Below the pieces are notes generated by a model. It was given only the letters and a program-made list of their open reading frames with translations. It searched no databases and was not told the DNA's origin. Both the position numbers and the translations under genes were made by a program. This document shows, piece after piece, positions 9,015-18,292 of a stretch of DNA of 27,136 nucleotides (its first letter is position 1; each line of letters starts with the position of its first letter). This DNA is from an uncultured virus (IMG/VR IMGVR_UViG_3300037245_003208) (Duplodnaviria > Heunggongvirae > Uroviricota > Caudoviricetes): IMG/VR virus record IMGVR_UViG_3300037245_003208; one strand, written 5' to 3'.

Positions 9015-9457
9015 TGGAAGAAAAAGATATTTATATCTTAAATGACAAGTATGGGATTTCCCGTGATGAGAGTAATTTCTCATTGTGTGATTACTACACC
9101 AATAAACAAACGGGTGAAAAGGTTTGGAAACCCATTAAATTTTTTCCAACAATTGAAAGCTTGTGCGTTCAATTGATTGATATATCTATAATCAGTGCTC
9201 CTGTTTTAGAAGTGCTAAAAATAGGTGACATGATTAATGATTTAAAAATAACAATTAAAAAAACTTTGAAACACAATTTTGTAATTCATTATGAAAAAAG
9301 GAAAAAATCAGATGACGAAAAACAAAAACCCAAAAATCAAACTCGACGAAAAAGGTGTAAATCGCCAGATAAAAGACATGCAGAAGTTGGAAAGGTTCAT
9401 CGTACACAACGTTTACAAAAAAACCAAAATAAAAAAACAAGGCGCAAAAAAATTTAA
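9014..9457 (+). CDS. hypothetical phage protein (P2 Orf82/DUF5405-like N-terminal part)
   Basis: AGGAG RBS, TAATG coupling; KYGISRDESNFSL...GEKVWKPIKFFPTIESL pattern; basic tail overlaps the next ORF. Confidence 0.6.
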   Translation: MEEKDIYILNDKYGISRDESNFSLCDYYTNKQTGEKVWKPIKFFPTIESLCVQLIDISIISAPVLEVLKIGDMINDLKITIKKTLKHNFVIHYEKRKKSDDEKQKPKNQTRRKRCKSPDKRHAEVGKVHRTQRLQKNQNKKTRRKKI

Positions 9458-9689
9458 GATTCCTTTTTCTCAGTATTTGGAATTTGAAAAGGAATTAAGC
9501 AGTGAAATTACTGCCACTGCATTTCACATCATTATTAAGGAAACCCGTGGTGGTAATTTAACTGTGGAAACTAAGACATTTCCAGAAATGGAAATGGAAG
9601 AACTGGCAAAAGAAATTCATAATTCCAGAGCATTTGAAGCAGGAGTTGGAACTATGGGAATTTTAAAAAAACGATTAGGACTTGAATAG
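9312..9689 (+). CDS. hypothetical protein (start 9291 or 9312)
   Basis: AAGGA precedes ATG 9312; stop lies directly before the clamp loader RBS. Confidence 0.6.
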   Translation: MTKNKNPKIKLDEKGVNRQIKDMQKLERFIVHNVYKKTKIKKQGAKKFKIPFSQYLEFEKELSSEITATAFHIIIKETRGGNLTVETKTFPEMEMEELAKEIHNSRAFEAGVGTMGILKKRLGLE

Positions 9690-9697
9690 AGGATGCA

Positions 9698-10636
9698 ATG
9701 AATTTAAACAATGCACATGTCATGAAGGACATTGATGAATTTGTGGGGAACAAAACGCTCAAAACGGCCATAATCTCTATTTTGGAGCGTGAGGTAGATA
9801 TACCTCAAGTATACCTTTTCCATGGAGCAAGTGGTTGCGGAAAGAGTGCCCTTGCTCGTGTTTTTGGGGAATTTTTTGGTGTTGAATCTCTGAATTATAA
9901 GGCAACAAATGCTGGCGATGATCGTACATTAGTAGCCATGCGAGAGATTATAAAGAGTGCGAATTTTGCTCCTTTTGGAGAAAACACATACAGAGTTATT
10001 GTGTTTGAGGAGGCGCACCAGCTTAGACAGGACGCAAAGCAAGCCTTGTTAGATTTTCTTGAGCGCCCTCCTGCACATGTTATGATCGTCTTTACAACCA
10101 CAGACCCAGCCATGTTCCTTAAAGGAACTGCCATGGAGAGAAGATGTTTTATTGGGAAAGTAAATCCAATAACTCCAGGACAGATGAACAAGTATCTTAA
10201 AGATGTTTTGAATACTTCTCACTGGAGTGCTGGTGTGATTTCTGCTCTAATTAAAAAAGCTGCAGGAAGTATAGGTCACATGCTAATGCTTGTGGATTCC
10301 ATTAAGGATATAGGAAATCAAGAAGCTATTGATTTTTTAGATGATGTTATCTCAATAGAAACTCCTCCTGACATTGCAAATTTATGCAGATGTTTGCTAA
10401 AAGGGGATAGTTGGGAAAATGTCAGCGATCTATTGCAAAATTTAAACGGCGATGGTGAATCATTGAGGTTCCCCATCAAAAATTATTTGTCTAAAGTTCT
10501 TTTAAATGATCATAGTGAATTCTGTGCAATGATGTTGCAGCAGTTTTTACCTTCTTTTATAAGTTCAGGTAAAGAGGGGTTAATTGCTGCCTGTTATGAG
10601 TGCAGTCTTCTTTATGCAGAATATGAAGGAGTTTGA
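9698..10636 (+). CDS. dnaX: clamp loader AAA+ ATPase, DNA Pol III gamma/tau-like
   Basis: YLFHGASGCGKS Walker A; VIVFEEAHQL Walker B variant; ALLDFLERPP; ERRC arginine-finger (SRC) motif. Confidence 0.85.
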   Translation: MNLNNAHVMKDIDEFVGNKTLKTAIISILEREVDIPQVYLFHGASGCGKSALARVFGEFFGVESLNYKATNAGDDRTLVAMREIIKSANFAPFGENTYRVIVFEEAHQLRQDAKQALLDFLERPPAHVMIVFTTTDPAMFLKGTAMERRCFIGKVNPITPGQMNKYLKDVLNTSHWSAGVISALIKKAAGSIGHMLMLVDSIKDIGNQEAIDFLDDVISIETPPDIANLCRCLLKGDSWENVSDLLQNLNGDGESLRFPIKNYLSKVLLNDHSEFCAMMLQQFLPSFISSGKEGLIAACYECSLLYAEYEGV

Positions 10637-10639
10637 TAC

Positions 10640-11008
10640 ATGAAATTTTTAAAAATAGAAAAAGGCCCATTCCAATTTGCAATTATCAGATCAGGATGGC
10701 TCAGCCATGAGGAGAATGGTTATTATTATATGATTTTGGAAAATGCAGAAGATGGTAATTTAGCACGAGAATGTGCCACATTGAAAAAAGATGCAATGAT
10801 TGAAAAATACCCCTACACGCAGAAGTGGTTTGATTCTGAGGAAGTGAATATCGCTGCCCCTGATTATACTGTGAAACAATTGAAAAATCTCATTAATGAG
10901 GTAGAAAATTGTTTAGTTTGTGCGGCAATTGCTGACCCACTGGAAGTTTGTCAAAACTCATTAAAGATCATAGAGGACGCAAATATTGCAAAGGAGGACA
11001 GGTCATGA
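10640..11008 (+). CDS. hypothetical protein
   Basis: GAAGGAG RBS at the end of the upstream gene. Confidence 0.7.
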   Translation: MKFLKIEKGPFQFAIIRSGWLSHEENGYYYMILENAEDGNLARECATLKKDAMIEKYPYTQKWFDSEEVNIAAPDYTVKQLKNLINEVENCLVCAAIADPLEVCQNSLKIIEDANIAKEDRS

Positions 11009-11193
11009 CATTCAATTTATTTGGTTTTGAATTTATAAAGAATAAGCATTGGAATGGGTTTTTAATTGGTTTCTGGTTCGCAGGTATTAAAAACTGGCAA
11101 ACAGAAAAACGTAGATGCTTGTTTGGCATTTACGGTGATGAGGACTCGTTGAGAATTGACATATTTTTCGCATGTTTTAAATTTGGCATATAA
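11005..11193 (+). CDS. hypothetical aromatic-rich small protein
   Basis: AAGGAGG RBS and ATGA coupling at 11005. Confidence 0.65.
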   Translation: MTFNLFGFEFIKNKHWNGFLIGFWFAGIKNWQTEKRRCLFGIYGDEDSLRIDIFFACFKFGI

Positions 11194-11208
11194 TAAAGGA
11201 GTAAAAGA

Positions 11209-11859
11209 ATGATTGATAGTGAGGAGTATTTTGGGGATGTTAAAATTGACCCATATCAATTGCATGTGAATCTGGCAGATAATCCAGTGCTCGTGCTAAA
11301 ATGGGGCAAAATTTTGGCTAACTTGAAGAAGACCAAAGCCAACATGGTAATTGATCTTGATGTATACAAAGCCAAATTACGAATGGACATTGTTACCAAT
11401 CCCGCTGATTATAAGTTGGCAGATAAGCCAACTGTTTCTGTTATTGACAGTGTTATTATGATGGATGCTGAAACCATTACAGAATCAAAAAAACTCAATG
11501 ATCTTCAAAATGAAATTGATAATTTAACATTCGTACAGAAAAGTTTTGATTTTAGAAAAACTGCTCTTAATGATCTTGTTAAATTGTGGTTAAAAGCCTA
11601 CGGTACTGATTTGTTTGCAGATGAGGAATTGAAAAAACTCATGGACACTCCTGAAATAATGGACGCTATTGCCAAGATAAACAAATCATTTACAATTTAT
11701 GCAAAAACAATTAAATTTGAAGGAGGAACTAATCCACTTGCAGCAGATAGTGCCAGAGAAGAGCAAACTAAGGCATTGAACAAATCACGAAAGTCACAAT
11801 CACAGAAACAGTCAATTGCAGAATCAAAAACCAAAACTACTCGCAGAAGGAGAAGATAA
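11209..11859 (+). CDS. UvsY-like recombination mediator
   Basis: Helical protein with VKIDPYQL...KPTVSVIDSVI...FDFRKTAL pattern; directly upstream of SSB and RecA. Confidence 0.6.
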   Translation: MIDSEEYFGDVKIDPYQLHVNLADNPVLVLKWGKILANLKKTKANMVIDLDVYKAKLRMDIVTNPADYKLADKPTVSVIDSVIMMDAETITESKKLNDLQNEIDNLTFVQKSFDFRKTALNDLVKLWLKAYGTDLFADEELKKLMDTPEIMDAIAKINKSFTIYAKTIKFEGGTNPLAADSAREEQTKALNKSRKSQSQKQSIAESKTKTTRRRRR

Positions 11860-11861
11860 AT

Positions 11862-13046
11862 ATGAGTACCTTTAGAAACAGGATGGATGGAAAAAGAAAA
11901 GGATTAGGTGAACGACAGGAAGAGTCCACACAGAGGGGCAAAGATAATGAAAAAGCTCCTAAGTCATTGGTCATTATGGACAATCTTCCAGAAGGCAGGG
12001 AAATGTGGGTAGTAAAAGAAGGAGATCATTTATTTGACATAGTTCCTTTTGAAACTGGAAACAACCATCCCCATGACGCTGAGGGAGATTTATCTTTTAA
12101 TGTTGAATATTACCAGCACGGCAATATTGGAGCAGGGTTTGGAACTTATCCATGTAATCAGAAGAACTGGGGAGAACCTTGTTCAATTTGTGAGTACATT
12201 GCTGATAATCAGTTGGATTCAGATGCATGGAATAAATTAAAACCAAAATGGTATGTTGCTTATTTAACTGCGGTGTACTCAACTTCTGAGCTGGAAAAAA
12301 AAGGAACCATGATACTCGCAGTTCCTCATTTTTTTATGCAGAATCATTTAAACAAGTTGCAATATAGTAAACGCACAGGCAACAGAATTGATTATGCAGA
12401 TTATGAAAATGGCCGCACAATAGGATTCAATTACGGAAAATCTGGAACTTTCAAAACAGACAGCGGTGAGAAGAAACCCTCATTTGCATACACTGGGCAT
12501 GTGCTTGAAAAAAGGGAAGATGAAAACGGTGAAAAGTTTCCATTGCTTGATGAATACCTGGATTCCCAATTTCCATTAGATGAAGCTTTAAATTTGCGCA
12601 TGGATTATGATGATTTAAAACGCATTTTTGAAACAGGGCAGAATATTAAAAGTTCTCACAGTGAAGATTCTTCACGAAATGCAGCAAACAAAAGAAATGA
12701 ATCTAAGCCTGAACAGCAATGTCCTATGGATATGAAATTTGGTGTTGACTTTAAGAACGATGTTGCCTGTGATGATTGTAATGCGTACGATGATTGTGAG
12801 GGTGCTTTCATTTTACTTGAGGATGATAATGACATTCCAAGGGAGGCAGAAAAAAAAGAACCTGCTCCAGAACAGTCTTCATCACGTCAAAGAGGAAACA
12901 GAAGTCAAAGAAACACTAAAGAATCAGCATCTGATGCACCCCCAAGAGGCAGAAGTAATAGAGGCGGTGGTGGCGAAACTAAATCTGCAGGAACTTCACG
13001 AGGACGCAGTTCTCGCTCAACACGTGGAGGGAGAACTACACGATGA
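11862..13046 (+). CDS. T4 gp32-like single-stranded DNA-binding protein
   Basis: FDIVPF...YYQH...YPC...GEPCSICEY His/Cys zinc site; DYENGRTI; second four-Cys module and Arg/Gly/Ser-rich tail. Confidence 0.7.
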   Translation: MSTFRNRMDGKRKGLGERQEESTQRGKDNEKAPKSLVIMDNLPEGREMWVVKEGDHLFDIVPFETGNNHPHDAEGDLSFNVEYYQHGNIGAGFGTYPCNQKNWGEPCSICEYIADNQLDSDAWNKLKPKWYVAYLTAVYSTSELEKKGTMILAVPHFFMQNHLNKLQYSKRTGNRIDYADYENGRTIGFNYGKSGTFKTDSGEKKPSFAYTGHVLEKREDENGEKFPLLDEYLDSQFPLDEALNLRMDYDDLKRIFETGQNIKSSHSEDSSRNAANKRNESKPEQQCPMDMKFGVDFKNDVACDDCNAYDDCEGAFILLEDDNDIPREAEKKEPAPEQSSSRQRGNRSQRNTKESASDAPPRGRSNRGGGGETKSAGTSRGRSSRSTRGGRTTR

Positions 13047-14167
13047 GTAAACCAATAGCAAGAAGAAAAAGGGTTGTTCGTAAATCTTCGAAAAGTGAAA
13101 AACAGACAGAGATTTTTCCTGTTAAGACTTACCACGACCCTAAAAATTTCATTTCTTCTGGTAATACTCATCTTAATCTTGCACTTTCTGGTACGCCCTA
13201 CGGGGCGTACCGCAAAGGTACTATGGTTAACATAATTGGGGATTCGCATACTGGTAAAACAGTCCTGGCTTTAGCTGGACTTGGCTCTGCTATAAACAAC
13301 CCTGAATTTGATGACTATATTAAAGTTTACGATGAGCCTGAACATGCTCTCCAAATAAATGTAGCAAAGATGTTCAGTCCTAAAATACACGCTGCGATTG
13401 ATTATGGGTACAGATCAAAAACTGTTGAAGAATTTAGAAATAATTATTTTTCTTTAATTAATGCTGGGAAAAAAGTTATTTATGTCCTGGATTCCTTTGA
13501 CTCATTATCCTCTGATGCAGAGGTTGCCAGAATCAGTGCTGCTGCAAAAGGAAACAAAGAAAAAGGAAGTTATAAAACAGAGAAAGCTGTGGTGTGCAGT
13601 GAGCTTTTCAGAGTCACCACTGCACCTTTGGAAGAAACTGGAAGCATACTTATCATTGTGTCTCAAACACGTCAGAACATAGGATTTGGTGCGATGTTTA
13701 GTCCAAAGACAAGGAATGGAGGGGATGCTTTAGATTTCTATGCTCATGACATTTTCTGGCTCTCAAGATTAAAAAAAATCATTGTTAGCAAAGAATTAAA
13801 AGATTTTCCAATAGGCGCGGATATTGGCATAAAATGCACCAAGAATAAAATATCTGGAAAACAAAGAGTTGCAAAAATTTCAATATACAATGATTACGGT
13901 CTGGATGACATAGGGTCATTTGTTAATTTTCTTATCACTGAAAAAGTCTTTATTCCCAATGCCAGTAGATTTACTGCTGTGGAATTAAAAGCAGATAAGG
14001 AGATGAATAAAACAGATTACTCTTTATTTGGGCAGCAGTTAAAGAAAAATGAAATTATTCCCTACATTGAAAAGCATGACTTAGAAGAAAAAGTTATTGA
14101 TTTAATGGCTAACAAATGGACAGAGATTGAAGAAAAATGCAGAATTAAAAGAAAGCCAAGGTGGTAA
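13043..14167 (+). CDS. recA: RecA/UvsX recombinase
   Basis: ISSGNTHLNLALSG; Walker A GDSHTGKT; EPEHAL; Walker B VLDS; SQTRQNIG; GGDALDFYA; KNKI. Confidence 0.93.
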   Translation: MSKPIARRKRVVRKSSKSEKQTEIFPVKTYHDPKNFISSGNTHLNLALSGTPYGAYRKGTMVNIIGDSHTGKTVLALAGLGSAINNPEFDDYIKVYDEPEHALQINVAKMFSPKIHAAIDYGYRSKTVEEFRNNYFSLINAGKKVIYVLDSFDSLSSDAEVARISAAAKGNKEKGSYKTEKAVVCSELFRVTTAPLEETGSILIIVSQTRQNIGFGAMFSPKTRNGGDALDFYAHDIFWLSRLKKIIVSKELKDFPIGADIGIKCTKNKISGKQRVAKISIYNDYGLDDIGSFVNFLITEKVFIPNASRFTAVELKADKEMNKTDYSLFGQQLKKNEIIPYIEKHDLEEKVIDLMANKWTEIEEKCRIKRKPRW

Positions 14168-14168
14168 A

Positions 14169-14543
14169 ATGAAAGGCAGAAAATTAACTCAGAGAGATTT
14201 ATGTCATGAGATTTCCGCACGGACAGGGTATCTTGCAGAAGAGATTGACATAATTATAGATGCCTTTGCTAACGTGGTGCTTGATGAGGTTATGCAAGGG
14301 GGTTCTGTACGTATTTTGAATTTTGGAAACTTTATAGGAAAAATACGGAAAGAATACACAATAAAGAACTGCCATCTTATACATTTGCCCTCGCAGGACA
14401 CAACAATTCCTCAAATGGTAATGCTTAAATTTGATGTCCCACACCACATCAAAAAATTAGTTGATTCAGTTAATAAAAAGGAACTTGAAAATGCCACAGA
14501 ACCTAAAAAAAGGAGACGTGTACGTAAGCGTGTCCGTGACTAA
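14169..14543 (+). CDS. HU/IHF family DNA-binding protein
   Basis: LTQRDLCHEISARTG...GSVRILNFGNF...TTIP...LKF; AGGTGG RBS before ATG 14169. Confidence 0.85.
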   Translation: MKGRKLTQRDLCHEISARTGYLAEEIDIIIDAFANVVLDEVMQGGSVRILNFGNFIGKIRKEYTIKNCHLIHLPSQDTTIPQMVMLKFDVPHHIKKLVDSVNKKELENATEPKKRRRVRKRVRD

Positions 14544-14712
14544 AACAATTCAACAACAGAATTTTGAACCTACAGCAGCTTCTGTAACACTTGCTACCAT
14601 TGTTGAGGAGGATGAGGATTATGATGTTATTATAAAAGACATCAGAACCCGTGCTGTAGATGAACTGGTGGAAACCTATAATGAAGCATCAAATGCTTTT
14701 AAGGGGGTGTAA
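14491..14712 (+). CDS. hypothetical phage protein
   Basis: AAGGA RBS before ATG 14491; VSVSVTKTIQQQNFEP pattern; TAATG coupling to the exonuclease. Confidence 0.65.
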   Translation: MPQNLKKGDVYVSVSVTKTIQQQNFEPTAASVTLATIVEEDEDYDVIIKDIRTRAVDELVETYNEASNAFKGV

Positions 14713-15590
14713 TGCACTTACTACTTTATGACAGTCATTGCCTCCTGCATAGAGCAAAGTATCGTGTCGTTGATAAACGCAACACATCAGTTAACAAAAT
14801 AATCCAGGCCATGATTGGTGAGTATTTGTGGGATGTTTTAACAATTGCAGAAAAATTCTCAGAACCTGATACTATTTTGGGATTTATTTGGGACAGTAAC
14901 AAAGCAATTAATAAGAGGAGAAAAGTATTTCCTGATTATAAAAAAGAAACTGAAGCTGACGAACCCACGCCTTCAGAATTGGCAAGAATAAAAGAAGTCT
15001 ACAAAGCATTTAAAACAGTGAGGTTGAGAATCCTTCCTCAGATAGGGTTTAAGAATAATTTTATACAGACAGGTTTAGAAGGGGATGATCTGATTGCTAA
15101 AATTATTGATGATTATTGTGCAGAGTATAAAATAACTTTTGTTGCTAATGATCACGATATGTTTCAAACATTGAGATTTGGGGTAAGCATGTACAACCCC
15201 ACTACAAGGGCAACCATTGATTGGAAAACATTCATGAACACCTATGGAATAGCTCCTAATCTATGGGGAGATGTCAAAGCGTTAGCGGGGTGCAAATCTG
15301 ATAAGGTAGTGGGCATTCCTGGAATAGGTGAAACTTATGCTATTAAATATTTAACAGGAAAACTTGGTAAAAAGACCAAAGCATATAGTAAAATCACCAG
15401 TTCTGAGGGTAAGGCGATATTTAAGAAAACACTTCCAGTAGTTCAATTACCCCATGCAGAAACAAAAACTGTTGAAATTGTAAAAGATGATTTAAATATA
15501 GAAGATTTTGAAGATGTGATTAATGAATATAATCTTACTTCTTTTTTAAATAAGGGGAACTTAAACAGATGGCAAACTACGGTGATATGA
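14712..15590 (+). CDS. 5'-3' exonuclease / flap endonuclease (T4 RNase H, T5 D15-like)
   Basis: LLYDSHCLLHR; WDS; RRKVFPDYK; LEGDDLIA; NDHDMFQ; LAGCKSDKVVGIPGIGETYA helix-hairpin motif. Confidence 0.92.
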   Translation: MHLLLYDSHCLLHRAKYRVVDKRNTSVNKIIQAMIGEYLWDVLTIAEKFSEPDTILGFIWDSNKAINKRRKVFPDYKKETEADEPTPSELARIKEVYKAFKTVRLRILPQIGFKNNFIQTGLEGDDLIAKIIDDYCAEYKITFVANDHDMFQTLRFGVSMYNPTTRATIDWKTFMNTYGIAPNLWGDVKALAGCKSDKVVGIPGIGETYAIKYLTGKLGKKTKAYSKITSSEGKAIFKKTLPVVQLPHAETKTVEIVKDDLNIEDFEDVINEYNLTSFLNKGNLNRWQTTVI

Positions 15591-15940
15591 CCGCTGAAAA
15601 TCGAGCGCAGGCATTTGAACTCTTAGTAGCTAATTTGCCGCAATTAAGGGGTGAAAATAGAAAACCATCGCCAAAAGAGCAAAGAGCTGCTGGGATTGCT
15701 TTGCAAGTCCTCTTACATAACATGCTCTCAAAAGTCACTACGGATTACGCAATAACAACTTCAGAAGTTATTGCAAATTGTGTTATTGCTAAAGAAAGGG
15801 CAGATATTGAATCCTATCCAATTCAAGAGCAATGTGCCATTGTGTGGAAATGTGACAAATTAAGAGTCAAACTTTATTTGCTTGGAATTGATGTTATATT
15901 TGAGGATGAAAGAATTTATAAATTTCATGAACTATACTAA
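15569..15940 (+). CDS. hypothetical protein
   Basis: 123 aa ORF in the operon; start may be 15587 (ATGA coupling). Confidence 0.65.
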   Translation: MANYGDMTAENRAQAFELLVANLPQLRGENRKPSPKEQRAAGIALQVLLHNMLSKVTTDYAITTSEVIANCVIAKERADIESYPIQEQCAIVWKCDKLRVKLYLLGIDVIFEDERIYKFHELY

Positions 15941-15956
15941 ACGAGGTTAAAATAAA

Positions 15957-16544
15957 ATGTCAAAAAGTAAAAAAGGGGGAGAATTTGAACGCAATAGATG
16001 TAAACTTTTATCTAAATGGTGGTCTAATGATGAGCATGATGATCTTTTTTGGCGCAGCTCTCAATCAGGTGGCAGAGCAACGCAGAGAGCTAAGTTTGGC
16101 AAAAGAACAATAAATGCTGACGGGGATATTGCTCCAACACATTCATCTGCAGAACCTCTTACTGACTACTTTCTGTTTGAGTGTAAAACAGGGTACAAAG
16201 ATCAGGTGGACGCTTTGAAATATGTGGATTCTGATGGCAAGGTTAACATGCTGCAGGAGTGGTGGAGGAAAGCATCTACAGAGCGTTACAGAGGTGGTAA
16301 GAAAGAAGTAATGCTAATTATTAAACGCCGCGGCAAAGAAGTAATATGCGTGATAAGCGTAAAATTTCTTGGGAAAGCAGAACAGTATAACGGTGAGTAT
16401 GAAGGAGCAGTCGTAGGAATACGTGCAGGAATGCAAGCATTAATGTGTGTTAATTACGATCAATTCTTTTCGTGGCTGACACCTGAGACAATAAAATTAT
16501 TAATTGAACGAAACAAAAGGAGTGTTGTAAATGGCAAAAACTAA
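15957..16544 (+). CDS. PD-(D/E)XK nuclease, Hjc-like Holliday junction resolvase
   Basis: KKGGEFER; FWRSSQSGG; GDI; FECK; WW; MLIIKR. Confidence 0.8.
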   Translation: MSKSKKGGEFERNRCKLLSKWWSNDEHDDLFWRSSQSGGRATQRAKFGKRTINADGDIAPTHSSAEPLTDYFLFECKTGYKDQVDALKYVDSDGKVNMLQEWWRKASTERYRGGKKEVMLIIKRRGKEVICVISVKFLGKAEQYNGEYEGAVVGIRAGMQALMCVNYDQFFSWLTPETIKLLIERNKRSVVNGKN

Positions 16545-16989
16545 GGCAGGTAAAAAGCAGCCAAGAAGGAAACAACCAGATAAAAAAGAAACGAAAAAGA
16601 TTGTGGGATTATTGCCAAAAACAGTAGACCCCACACAATTGCCAGTCGTCTACACCTGTGAAAAACATGGGGATCAGCAACAGGCTGTTAGCTTTAATAA
16701 TAAAGAATTTTTCTGTGCTGCTTGTTTCACTGATTTTCTAAAAAAGAATAAAATAACAAAAGTAGAAGTTAAGAAAACTTTATTGAAATTTGACGAATAC
16801 ACAGCAATTGCTAAAAATCGTCCTGTGAAATTAGATGAATTTCCACGTTTAAATCATCTTGAATGTCCTTATTGTGGAAAAGAGTTGGAAGACACTGACG
16901 GGATTTTACTTCTTTCTAATCCTCCAAAAACAAAAGTTAATTGCAGTGACCCTAAGTGTGATTTCACTTCCACACGTTTATTAGCTTAA
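16531..16989 (+). CDS. double zinc-ribbon protein
   Basis: CEKH...CAAC and CPYC...CSDPKC motifs; AAGGAG RBS. Confidence 0.7.
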   Translation: MAKTKAGKKQPRRKQPDKKETKKIVGLLPKTVDPTQLPVVYTCEKHGDQQQAVSFNNKEFFCAACFTDFLKKNKITKVEVKKTLLKFDEYTAIAKNRPVKLDEFPRLNHLECPYCGKELEDTDGILLLSNPPKTKVNCSDPKCDFTSTRLLA

Positions 16990-16999
16990 AGGTGGAATT

Positions 17000-18085
17000 A
17001 TGTTAAAAGAAGTTGAAATCCGTAATTTCCAATCCCACAAACACACCCTTCTGGAATTCACGAGAGGGTTCAATGTTATCACAGGCCATACCCATGATGG
17101 TAAATCAGTTATTGTCCGTGCCATTAGGTGGGCACTTCGTAACGACCCAAAAGGATTTGGTTTTCGCTCACATTTTGCTAAATCCAAGGAACTATCTGAA
17201 GTAAGACTGACTTATGATGATGGGCGTTGGATTTCCAGGGAACGTTCCAGTGAGAAGAATACTGGAACATACACCCATAGTGGGGGTAATGAGCCACTTT
17301 CAGCAATGAGTGGGACAGTTCCTGATGAGATTTTAGAAACCACTAACATGACAGATGCTAACATTGCTGTGCAAAATGAACCCCCTTTTTTAATCAGTGA
17401 AACAGGAGGTAAAATAGCTAAAAAAATTAATAAGATTACTGGTTTAGGCGTGATTGACGACATGCTTAAAAAAGCAACCACATTAATTGATGCTGCAAAC
17501 AGTAATGCTAAACATGAAAAAGTAACCATTAAATCGTTAGATGAAGAATTGGCTGGGTTAGTGGACGTTGAGCAAATGTCAAAAAGAATAGATAATTTGG
17601 TTGAGGAATCAGAGCAACTCACTAAATTAACTGAAAAAATAGACACATTAAATACACATCTTACTGCCGTGGAAGAACACAACATTCTGATTTCAAAATG
17701 TGAAGAGGATTTAAAATCAGTTCCAAACATTGCTGAAATAAAAGAAAAAATAAACAACCATGTCCGTTTAAAGAACAAAATCAGAAAACTCAAAAATTTA
17801 ATGACTGAATTGAAAAAAGCAGATGAGTTGATAAAAACTACAAAAGCTAAAATAAATGCTGTAGATTTAACATCCATCAATGCAAAAATAAAATTATGGA
17901 AGGAAAAAAACAAATCCTTGGATTCTTTAGAAAATGCTTTGGACTTAATAGATGCTCACAATGAGACGTTAAGAACCTTACAAGCAGAGCATGATTCTAA
18001 TGAATTGAAGCGTGAAAAACTACTAAGAGGGCAGAAGTATTGTCCTGTTTGTAAAACTCTTTTACATATAGGAAAGGAACAATAA
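17000..18085 (+). CDS. sbcC: SbcC/Rad50-like ATPase, N-terminal half (Walker A, Q-loop, coiled coil, zinc hook)
   Basis: IRNFQSH; NVITGHTHDGKS; AVQNEPPFL Q-loop; heptad region; ends at CPVC; no signature motif or Walker B. Confidence 0.85.
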   Translation: MLKEVEIRNFQSHKHTLLEFTRGFNVITGHTHDGKSVIVRAIRWALRNDPKGFGFRSHFAKSKELSEVRLTYDDGRWISRERSSEKNTGTYTHSGGNEPLSAMSGTVPDEILETTNMTDANIAVQNEPPFLISETGGKIAKKINKITGLGVIDDMLKKATTLIDAANSNAKHEKVTIKSLDEELAGLVDVEQMSKRIDNLVEESEQLTKLTEKIDTLNTHLTAVEEHNILISKCEEDLKSVPNIAEIKEKINNHVRLKNKIRKLKNLMTELKKADELIKTTKAKINAVDLTSINAKIKLWKEKNKSLDSLENALDLIDAHNETLRTLQAEHDSNELKREKLLRGQKYCPVCKTLLHIGKEQ

Positions 18086-18086
18086 G

Positions 18087-18263
18087 ATGAAAGTAAAAAT
18101 TGGAAATAAAATATATAATTCAGTAGAGGAACCAATCATGGTAATTTTTGAAGATGATGATAAAATAAATATTTCTATGATGAGTGATGACAATCACAGA
18201 TATTGCAGTTTCCCTTCCAATCTCACAGTAAAGAATATTGAAGACTTTATGAAAACAGATTAA
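18087..18263 (+). CDS. 58-aa hypothetical protein, absent from the ORF track
   Basis: AAGGA RBS; MKVKIGNKIYNSVEEPIMVIFEDDDKINISMMSDDNHRYCSFPSNLTVKNIEDFMKTD; fills the sbcC-N to sbcD gap. Confidence 0.7.
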   Translation: MKVKIGNKIYNSVEEPIMVIFEDDDKINISMMSDDNHRYCSFPSNLTVKNIEDFMKTD

Positions 18264-18292
18264 ATAAAGTTTCATACTTTTGGAGTGATTGC

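Noticed and set aside
10634..10642. In-frame TGA-TAC-ATG between the clamp loader and the next ORF as a second readthrough
   Set aside because: The downstream ATG has a well-spaced GAAGGAG RBS and the loader appears complete; ordinary tight packing explains it.
17212..17913. 233-aa antisense ORF and other shadow ORFs (2346-2621, 12905-13249, 25235-25708, 26580-27044)
   Set aside because: They lie opposite well-supported genes, lack recognisable motifs and reflect codon bias of the sense strand.
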